A DNA stretch of 64,000 nt from a virus (Duplodnaviria > Caudoviricetes), in the IMG/VR virus record IMGVR_UViG_3300032247_000689, positions 31,816 to 95,815 of that record; one strand, written 5' to 3'. Position 1 is the first letter of the stretch. Every line of letters begins with the position of its first letter. The notes beneath the pieces are model-generated. The model was not told the DNA's origin. It saw only the letters and a list, made by a program, of their open reading frames with translations, and did no database searches. Positions 17,253 to 23,900 of this stretch are shown here, one piece after another. A program made the translations under genes and the position numbers.

Positions 17253-17343
17253 TGTTTGTGTTGGGCTGTATATGAAAAATATGCATGGCATATTTTTGCA
17301 AAGACCGCTTCGCGACTTTGCCATATACAGCCCAACACAAACA
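17253..17343. repeat. Three-way-junction element Y4
   Basis: 22-bp outer stem; hairpins 17275-17297 and 17298-17321. Confidence 0.88.
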
Positions 17344-17345
17344 AG

Positions 17346-17377
17346 TTATCCACAGGCGGGGAAGTGCCTGTGGATAA
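17346..17377. promoter_or_regulatory. Inverted pair of consensus DnaA boxes
   Basis: TTATCCACA (17346-17354) and TGTGGATAA (17369-17377) within a 12-bp inverted repeat. Confidence 0.65.
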
Positions 17378-17585
17378 GTTAGCCGCCGCGAAAAAGGTTA
17401 GGGAAAACGCGGCGGCTAAGGCTAGGTTGTGCTATTCCAGCACTCGTCACAAGTAAAGCCATCTGGATATGCGTCTGGAAGTATTGGCGTTAGTACAGAC
17501 CCATCAGGGAGCTTCTTTGCGCACTTCATACAGATTAGTGAGCCTTCCGCGTCCTCAACGCCGATAAGCCTAGTGAACGGAGTAA

Positions 17586-17774
17586 TCACGCTGGCACCCA
17601 TGTAGTCCAGCGCGTTTCAAGGTTATCCTGCAAGAGGCGTAACCTTACGCTACCTGTGCGATTGCGTACCTTCTCGACTACAAAGCCTACTTCTTTAGAT
17701 TGCTCGGTTTCGTATAGGTCGCCAATCTCGGGCTCGAAATTGAGTGGCAAGATGTGGTCGGTGAGTATTGCCAT
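17586..17774 (-). CDS. Hypothetical small beta-rich protein
   Basis: SD GAAAGG; in the operon chain. Confidence 0.6.
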   Translation of the reverse strand: MAILTDHILPLNFEPEIGDLYETEQSKEVGFVVEKVRNRTGSVRLRLLQDNLETRWTTWVPA

Positions 17775-17927
17775 TTATTTATTCCTTTCGTAATGGAAGT
17801 CACAGATTGTGGCGTCCGCGTCTATTGAGTAGTGACAATTAGTTTTTACTGTGTGGTGAGTGTAATGAAAGTGGGCGAGCCCTGCAAGGGTGGCTATTGC
17901 CACCCCTGCAAGAATTACGCGCTTCAT
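17775..17927 (-). CDS. Small membrane/secreted protein, 50 aa (not in the ORF track)
   Basis: MKRVILAGVAIATLAGLAHFHY...; ATGA coupling. Confidence 0.5.
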   Translation of the reverse strand: MKRVILAGVAIATLAGLAHFHYTHHTVKTNCHYSIDADATICDFHYERNK

Positions 17928-18082
17928 GGTTTCAATCCAAATTGCTCAACGACAGTCTTAGTACATTCCTCAATTCCCGAAATCTTGCCTTCTGTGTAGG
18001 CAATCTCGATAATGTGCGCCACTAGATTAGTGGTAGTGGTATCTAGGCTCGCTTCTGCGAGTAGGGCTAGGGCTTGCTTCAT
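17924..18082 (-). CDS. Hypothetical 52-aa protein, first gene of the island (not in the ORF track)
   Basis: SD GAAAGG; MKQALALLAEASL... Confidence 0.55.
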   Translation of the reverse strand: MKQALALLAEASLDTTTTNLVAHIIEIAYTEGKISGIEECTKTVVEQFGLKP

Positions 18083-18128
18083 GTTCGTAACCTTTCGTTA
18101 TGAAGGCGTTGTTGCCTTCAACTACTAT

Positions 18129-18247
18129 AACCGAGAGCGCGCTAGTGCTATTCCCACTATATATAACGAAATGATAACGATTAGATAACAATATGTTATA
18201 CAGCCTGCTCTCAGGTACCCCCCAGGGTTAACTCAGACAATTCTCAG
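18129..18247 (-). promoter_or_regulatory. Cassette promoter: GGAAT-N18-GTT + ATAAC array + four 11-bp-spaced TCTCAG-like boxes
   Basis: Promoter 18129-18154; ATAAC at 18163/18174/18185, GTTAT at 18195; boxes at 18209/18220/18231/18242. Confidence 0.7.
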
Positions 18248-18308
18248 GAACGGGGCCAGGAAACATCCGCACCTATTACATAGTTCTATAGGCAGTAGCC
18301 CTTTTTGC

Positions 18309-18343
18309 TTGACATGGTGAGGCAGTAGCGCTATGGTGCGGTA
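18309..18343 (+). promoter_or_regulatory. Consensus SigA promoter, leaderless
   Basis: TTGACA-N17-TATGGT-N6-ATG. Confidence 0.75.
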
Positions 18344-18517
18344 ATGGATGTGGATGATGCGCTTGCTCTGATTGAGAAGCAATTTGGTAATAGAAAACCA
18401 CGAGAAGAGTTCTTGCAGAATTTGGTGGAGCGGGGTAAGCTATGTGCTACCTGCCGTAAAATTCAATGCGATTGCGATTGTGACTGTAAGAGTTGCTGGG
18501 GGAAGATATGCATCTAA
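18344..18517 (+). CDS. Cys-rich 57-aa protein (not in the ORF track)
   Basis: ...CATCRKIQCDCDCDCKSCWGKICI. Confidence 0.55.
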   Translation: MDVDDALALIEKQFGNRKPREEFLQNLVERGKLCATCRKIQCDCDCDCKSCWGKICI

Positions 18518-18659
18518 CAGAGGTATTCACTGCTTATTGTGCTAGGTGTCGCCATGAGGTGAGTACATCGGAGTATGAAGTAACCGCGACAAATTCAGAC
18601 AAGAAGAGCGCGCACAGTAGATGCCCCCAGTGCGGAACACCGATTCAGAAAGTAATACA

Positions 18660-18863
18660 ATGACACACGAAGAACTATTAAGAGCAATTGAGTGGGAAGG
18701 CAGAACTAACCTTCACAGAACTCTCCGCGCAGTAGTAGAGCTGCATAGCTCTGAGGGTAGAAAGTCCCATCCAACAGGACCTGTCATAGCGCATTTTTGC
18801 ACCTTCGATAATGAACTCTATCCTTGCAAAACTATCCAAGCCATAGAGAAGGAGTTAGCATGA
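18660..18863 (+). CDS. Hypothetical protein (actinophage-type RAVVELH...YPCxT family)
   Basis: LRAVVELH...C...YPCKTIQAI. Confidence 0.65.
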   Translation: MTHEELLRAIEWEGRTNLHRTLRAVVELHSSEGRKSHPTGPVIAHFCTFDNELYPCKTIQAIEKELA

Positions 18864-18954
18864 TTATTGGTCTACTCGTATATATTGTCACCATCAACAC
18901 TTTAGGTGTACTATTTGGCATCTACGGCTACGGCAGCGCGAAAGGATGGTGGAG

Positions 18955-19209
18955 ATGAGCCTACTACTCATACCTCTACTTATTCTCGGCGCGGGAATTA
19001 TCTACCTTACATCCCAAGCAAGCGAAATACAGAGAGAAGAAACCATCGATGACTCTGGAGATGAAGAGCTAGGATGGTACGACTGGGAAGAGACCTTCTC
19101 CTGCGAACTCTGCGATGACATCATCTATGAGGGCGAAGCTCTCGTCTACATCCGCTGTGAAGATGAACACATCCTCTTCTGCGAGTACTGCCTCAACCCT
19201 CTCCTTTAG
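18955..19209 (+). CDS. Membrane-anchored Zn-finger protein
   Basis: N-terminal TM segment; CELC, C..H, CEYC. Confidence 0.6.
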   Translation: MSLLLIPLLILGAGIIYLTSQASEIQREETIDDSGDEELGWYDWEETFSCELCDDIIYEGEALVYIRCEDEHILFCEYCLNPLL

Positions 19210-19245
19210 CCTTACACTTTTCCCTAAAAGCGCCATACTTCCTTC

Positions 19246-19482
19246 GTGCGCTTTATTACATGGCTATTCGAACAGATAGGGGATGCCACCCCCACATCCC
19301 GCTTTGCCAAAATCTGCTGGGACGATATCAACAATGGGTGTGCTCATACAAGATTTTCTTTTAAACAGTGGCAAAATCATTTTTTAGAGAAGCATAGAGA
19401 TAGCGCTGACGAGCTCCTGAAGATGTTATTCACAGCGTATATTCAGTATCAGAACGAGATGGGTAACCGAGTTGTCTTCTAA
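19246..19482 (+). CDS. Hypothetical protein (YozE-like start, leaderless)
   Basis: CATACT-N6-GTG; MRFITWL. Confidence 0.55.
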   Translation: MRFITWLFEQIGDATPTSRFAKICWDDINNGCAHTRFSFKQWQNHFLEKHRDSADELLKMLFTAYIQYQNEMGNRVVF

Positions 19483-19506
19483 CCGCGCCAACGGTAGACT
19501 AAGCTC

Positions 19507-20007
19507 ATGAGAGACTTTAAGACCTTCTGGTACGCAGGCGAACACCACTTCCTATTGACTACGGGCGAGACTTTTCTAGGCACTCCTTCTGGAGTCTGGG
19601 CCTCTTATATTCCTCCTAAGGGCGGTAAGAAGGGCACCGTGATGATGCTCTACGCAACAAGAGAGTCTCGCTTCTTTGTTCCTCACGTTCTGGGCGCCTT
19701 AGCTGTGCATAGCCTTAATACATACGGAGAGTTACCTGAGGGCTCCCATGATGTCTCTTGCCACTCTATCGGCATTCAGCGCCGTTTAGCAGACCTTCTA
19801 GGACAACTACCAGCAAGCGCGGTATTAAATAGAGAGAATTGGTTTAGCAGTATCAGAAATATTAAGTTCTGGTCTAGCCTGCCTAACGTTCAAAACACAC
19901 GTATCCTAGACCTAGAGCTTCTACGTGAAGGTAAAGAGTTCATACTTAATGTATTGAAGAGCCCTCACGCAGTGCAGATGGAGTTGCCTTTCTATCAGGA
20001 GGTCTAG
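19507..20007 (+). CDS. Hypothetical protein (leaderless)
   Basis: TAGACT-N6-ATG. Confidence 0.65.
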   Translation: MRDFKTFWYAGEHHFLLTTGETFLGTPSGVWASYIPPKGGKKGTVMMLYATRESRFFVPHVLGALAVHSLNTYGELPEGSHDVSCHSIGIQRRLADLLGQLPASAVLNRENWFSSIRNIKFWSSLPNVQNTRILDLELLREGKEFILNVLKSPHAVQMELPFYQEV

Positions 20008-20838
20008 GTGCCCCGCAATAACGATGATTTTGTAAAAGGAACATACCTTCACAATACTGGTAATAGCTCTTTTAGTATCCTTCACGGCGCTGGGCAGAAT
20101 GCAATTGGTACTCAATCAGGTGGGGTAATTAAAGTAAACCGAAGCGGAGAGTATAGAGATTATAATCAGCTTGCTGATAGAGCTGAGCGCATAGGCAACG
20201 AACCTCAAAATGATACTCAAGCTTTTCCACCAGTATCTGATAATAATGGGGATTATGTACGCGAAACTGATTCAAAAGGTAATCGTCAAATTGTTAGACA
20301 GGGTGTGTTATTTCAAGATACACGCAAACCCCCTAAAGCAGAATTAATAGCAGTCACTAAGGATATAGACCATATGGTTCCTGCTTTATTAGAAGCTGCA
20401 AATAGAGAATCTAATAAACGTTTTGGACAAAATGTTCAACACTCTGACAATCTTTCTCAATTTAGTCGTCCTTTAGTAAACCGTTTAATTAGAGCTGGTT
20501 TAACGCCAGGTCCTGAAATAGAAGAAAACGGAAATGATTTTGATTGGAACGAAGCTCACTCAATAGTACAAAATGCTGTAGGAGAAAAAAGATATATAAA
20601 TCCTTCCGAAATTAATCGGATAGACTCTGATGAGTTTTCGCGTGGCGGACGAGACTTTGTAAGAACGCTGAAGAAAGCGGAAAGAGAACGAGGAATTACT
20701 AAAGGCAAAGCTCAAAAAGTCTCTGATGTAGTTAGCAGCGTTGCAGATAAAGCCGCATCTCGTGTAAGGGCTTTTCAAGAAGCTCTTCCAGGAATGAAGT
20801 TGGGCGCTGGTGAATATCAACCTAGGGATACTAAATAA
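20008..20838 (+). CDS. Hypothetical protein
   Basis: SD AGGAGG; 276-aa ORF. Confidence 0.7.
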   Translation: MPRNNDDFVKGTYLHNTGNSSFSILHGAGQNAIGTQSGGVIKVNRSGEYRDYNQLADRAERIGNEPQNDTQAFPPVSDNNGDYVRETDSKGNRQIVRQGVLFQDTRKPPKAELIAVTKDIDHMVPALLEAANRESNKRFGQNVQHSDNLSQFSRPLVNRLIRAGLTPGPEIEENGNDFDWNEAHSIVQNAVGEKRYINPSEINRIDSDEFSRGGRDFVRTLKKAERERGITKGKAQKVSDVVSSVADKAASRVRAFQEALPGMKLGAGEYQPRDTK

Positions 20839-20950
20839 TGTCAAATCTAGGTATAGTACGCGCTCGCGTATGTAAGAAGTGTGAGCACACAACGGATTAC
20901 GGCATCTGCGTTGTAGATGAGTGTGAATGCGTTTGTTCGGAGTACACAGC

Positions 20951-21181
20951 ATGAAAGACCCAGCACTAGGACGTACACGCGCTGAGCGCGCTTTAGGAGA
21001 GCACTTGGACCCTAAGAAGAAGAGTACACAGATGAAGCCTAAGCGCTCACGTGTCAATGAATTTAGAGTTGTACATGTAGGTCAATATGATGGCCCTCGC
21101 GCCTCATACGGACGCTACAACGTATCTGAGCAGGCATCAGATATTCTTAACCGTCAAAAGCGTAATCAGGATATGAGGTAA
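20951..21181 (+). CDS. Basic hypothetical protein
   Basis: ORF in a + strand chain. Confidence 0.5.
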   Translation: MKDPALGRTRAERALGEHLDPKKKSTQMKPKRSRVNEFRVVHVGQYDGPRASYGRYNVSEQASDILNRQKRNQDMR

Positions 21182-21183
21182 CA

Positions 21184-21450
21184 ATGGCATTCTTCGCAGC
21201 ATTACCAGAGATATTTGCCGCAGGCGCCGCAGAGACTGCGGGCGCTGCAGGTGGCGCAGCCGCTGTAGGGGCTGGAGAAGCAGCAATGGATGGAGCAGCT
21301 CTATCTGAAGGTGGCGCAAGCAAGCTTCAAAACTTTGCTGCAGGCATGAATAGCAACAACAATTCAGATAGTAAGCCTAAGAGCGTTACTATCTCTGATG
21401 TGACCGCACCTGTAACCCCATCTCATAACGTAGGAGAAAACTTTGGCTAA
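21184..21450 (+). CDS. Ala/Gly-rich hypothetical protein
   Basis: SD GAGGT. Confidence 0.6.
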   Translation: MAFFAALPEIFAAGAAETAGAAGGAAAVGAGEAAMDGAALSEGGASKLQNFAAGMNSNNNSDSKPKSVTISDVTAPVTPSHNVGENFG

Positions 21451-21631
21451 GACAATTAAAGTGGCTGGTGAAGGCCATACAATTAAAAAGAATAAAAAGG
21501 GCGACGTTATCGTTGACCATGCTGGTAACAAGGGCAAGTACGACAAGATTAACTTGACCAAGAAAGCTGGCGCTAAGACTGTTAAGCAAGGTGTTAAAGC
21601 AACTAGAGATTGGCATAAGAAAAATGGCTAA
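21443..21631 (+). CDS. Small Lys-rich protein
   Basis: SD AGGAG; strongly basic. Confidence 0.6.
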   Translation: MAKTIKVAGEGHTIKKNKKGDVIVDHAGNKGKYDKINLTKKAGAKTVKQGVKATRDWHKKNG

Positions 21632-21782
21632 GAAAGTATGGGAAACCCCAGACCCAACAGGTAAGGATAAGAAGCTATCACCAGCTAAAAAAGCTGCAGC
21701 AAAAGCACGTGCTAAAGCTGCTGGTCGTCCATACCCTAACCTTGTTGACAACATGAACGCTGCAAAGAAGAAGAAGAAATGA
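21624..21782 (+). CDS. Small basic protein (LSPAKKAAAKARAKAAGRPYPNLVDNM family)
   Basis: Recurrent phage micro-protein motif. Confidence 0.65.
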   Translation: MAKKVWETPDPTGKDKKLSPAKKAAAKARAKAAGRPYPNLVDNMNAAKKKKK

Positions 21783-22312
21783 TTAAAAGAGTTACTGTTG
21801 GTCTATTTATTGCCCTTTTAACATCCACTACTGCTTTTGCACATGTTGATACAAAAGTTAGCATTAAACCTAACTCTATCTACACTCCTGGAGCGCTAAA
21901 CCCTGCAGTTACTCAAGCTAATATTAAAGATAACATTTGCAAGGCTAACTGGACCACAACAGTTCGTCCACCCGTTTCATATACAAATAAACTTAAAGCC
22001 GCTCAACTAGCTGGTAACTACCAGTTCTTTATCGCTATCTATGGCGCTGACCCTAAGAGCTACGAAGAAGACCACCTCATCTCGCTACAACTTGGGGGTT
22101 CTCCCACAGACCCTAAGAATTTATGGCCTGAACCATATTCTGGAGATAACGCGCATAAGAAGGATGTAGTTGAAACTGCCCTTAAGCGTTTAATTTGCTC
22201 TGGCAAAATCACACTTGCAGATGCTCAAAAAGCTATTGCCACCGATTGGATTGCTGCGTACAACAAGTATGTAAACGCTGCAGACCTTAAAGCAGTTGAC
22301 TCAAATGGCTGA
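21779..22312 (+). CDS. Secreted HNH-like protein
   Basis: Signal peptide (AFA site); YEEDHLISLQLGGSP...NLWPE...NAHKKD. Confidence 0.65.
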   Translation: MIKRVTVGLFIALLTSTTAFAHVDTKVSIKPNSIYTPGALNPAVTQANIKDNICKANWTTTVRPPVSYTNKLKAAQLAGNYQFFIAIYGADPKSYEEDHLISLQLGGSPTDPKNLWPEPYSGDNAHKKDVVETALKRLICSGKITLADAQKAIATDWIAAYNKYVNAADLKAVDSNG

Positions 22313-22598
22313 GACTAAAAAGTTTGGTCCCTACAAAGGTTCCGAAGCAAATGGAGGTCGCCCTATCTACGTCTACAAGAAAAAAGTAGGCGGTAAGTGG
22401 GTTACTACTTCTAAAAACAAAGCTCGCGCTGATTACGAGTCTAAGAACGGCAAGATTAAATCTAAAGACGTTACTGTCGACCATAAAGACAATAATCACA
22501 ATAACGACTCTAAAGGTAACCTTCGGGCTATCTCTCGCAGTAAAAACACAGCTAAAGAAAACAAGCGCCGTGCAGGTAAAAAGGAGAATGAGAAATGA
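22305..22598 (+). CDS. Basic HNH-motif protein
   Basis: VDHKDNNHNNDSKGNLRAISRSKN. Confidence 0.65.
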   Translation: MAETKKFGPYKGSEANGGRPIYVYKKKVGGKWVTTSKNKARADYESKNGKIKSKDVTVDHKDNNHNNDSKGNLRAISRSKNTAKENKRRAGKKENEK

Positions 22599-22906
22599 TT
22601 TATCGTAAAGGCGAAGGTCAAATGAATGATGAAGGCAAGCACACAGGCCTTATCAACAAGGCTGTAGAGCAAAGAATTGCACGTGAGTCAGAGCGACGTG
22701 ATATTGGAACTGCCGCCCAAAATACACGTGATTATGAAAGAGGAATCACAACAGCGCGTTACCTTACAGACCTTGGTCACTCAGCTGACCTTAATGAATT
22801 AAGCCCTAAAGAACTTGGTCCAGTTAGCGGTTCAGAGATGGCAACTTATAAAGCTAAGAAGTCTGCTGCAAGTCGCACTACCGCAAGGGAAATGAAGCGC
22901 CGTTAA
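22595..22906 (+). CDS. Hypothetical protein
   Basis: ATGA coupling; SD AAGGAG. Confidence 0.6.
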   Translation: MIYRKGEGQMNDEGKHTGLINKAVEQRIARESERRDIGTAAQNTRDYERGITTARYLTDLGHSADLNELSPKELGPVSGSEMATYKAKKSAASRTTAREMKRR

Positions 22907-23262
22907 TGAAGAAAAAAGCTGTGGTATTTGACCTTAATAAAACTCTGCGTAAAGGGTCAGGTGAGCCACTCCAACATATTCTAAAGAAGGCTAAGAAAGA
23001 CAAAGATAAAGAAGCTGTCCTTGTTATCAGCGGTGAGTCTGATAAAGACCGTGGTGAAGCAAGAGAGTGGTTAGATGAGCACCATTTAAAAGATGCACAG
23101 CTTTATATGCGCCCAAGAGGTGAAAGAGCTCATGATGATGTTGAGAAAGCTAAAATCTTAGATAAGGTATCGCGCCAATTTAAAATCAAGAAGGCGTATG
23201 ATGATAAGCCAGAGAACGTTGAGATGTACAGGGAAAAGGGTATAAAGGCTAAGCGCGTATGA
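22906..23262 (+). CDS. PNKP-type HAD phosphatase-like domain (degenerate)
   Basis: VVFDLNKTL, ISG, LYMRP, D...K, AYDD. Confidence 0.65.
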   Translation: MKKKAVVFDLNKTLRKGSGEPLQHILKKAKKDKDKEAVLVISGESDKDRGEAREWLDEHHLKDAQLYMRPRGERAHDDVEKAKILDKVSRQFKIKKAYDDKPENVEMYREKGIKAKRV

Positions 23263-23507
23263 AAAAACATCGCCACTATATGCAACACCCTCAGTTTCCT
23301 TGGCTTGGTTTATATTCAGACCCAGTTCGTCCGTCATATATGACTATTGGCGGCAGCGGTATTGTAGGTAACTTTGGAGCAGAGTCTCCGATGTCAGAGA
23401 TGCATGAAGGTACATGGCAAGATGATGTACGTGCAGCTGGGCCGACATCAGGTGACGGCGCTGCAGCAGGCGCAGGTATTACAGGAGCAGGAAGCGGAGT
23501 AGCATGA
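23259..23507 (+). CDS. Hypothetical protein
   Basis: ATGA coupling. Confidence 0.5.
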   Translation: MKKHRHYMQHPQFPWLGLYSDPVRPSYMTIGGSGIVGNFGAESPMSEMHEGTWQDDVRAAGPTSGDGAAAGAGITGAGSGVA

Positions 23508-23674
23508 AGCACAACGACTCACAGGGATTTCCAGACCCATTTACAACGATGACAAGTGAAGACTGGGCAGAGTTTGATAAACATGCTGAAGAAGAGCATA
23601 AGAAGTCAGAGAATTGGCCAAAGAACCAACCGTTTATTCCACAAAACCCAAACCCACCATTCTAAGGAGGAACC

Positions 23675-23875
23675 GTGCAGACGACCACTGAGGGAAGAGA
23701 AATAACAGCGGTTGACAGATGCGATACATGTGGCGCTCCAGCAAAGGTTGTTGCTACATTTCTTAATGGTGAACTTTTATTCTGCGGCCATCACGCGCGC
23801 GAAGCTGGGACTAATCTAGTATTAAAGGCGCTTCACGTATACGACCCTGACGGTGAGTTTAATTTGATACACTAA
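23675..23875 (+). CDS. Small actinobacterial-type Zn-binding protein (TAxDRCDxCGA...ELLFCGHH)
   Basis: Motif typical of a conserved actinobacterial chromosomal protein; SD AAGGAGG. Confidence 0.75.
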   Translation: MQTTTEGREITAVDRCDTCGAPAKVVATFLNGELLFCGHHAREAGTNLVLKALHVYDPDGEFNLIH

Positions 23876-23900
23876 GTTCACTAATTTAGGGAGAGTCTAG

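Noticed and set aside
13497-17343. Y elements as a CRISPR array, integron attC sites or MITEs
   Set aside because: They are spaced ~1.1-1.4 kb apart with genes between them; the end polarity (GTT...AAC) is opposite to attC; no target-site duplications, integrase, transposase or cas genes are seen.
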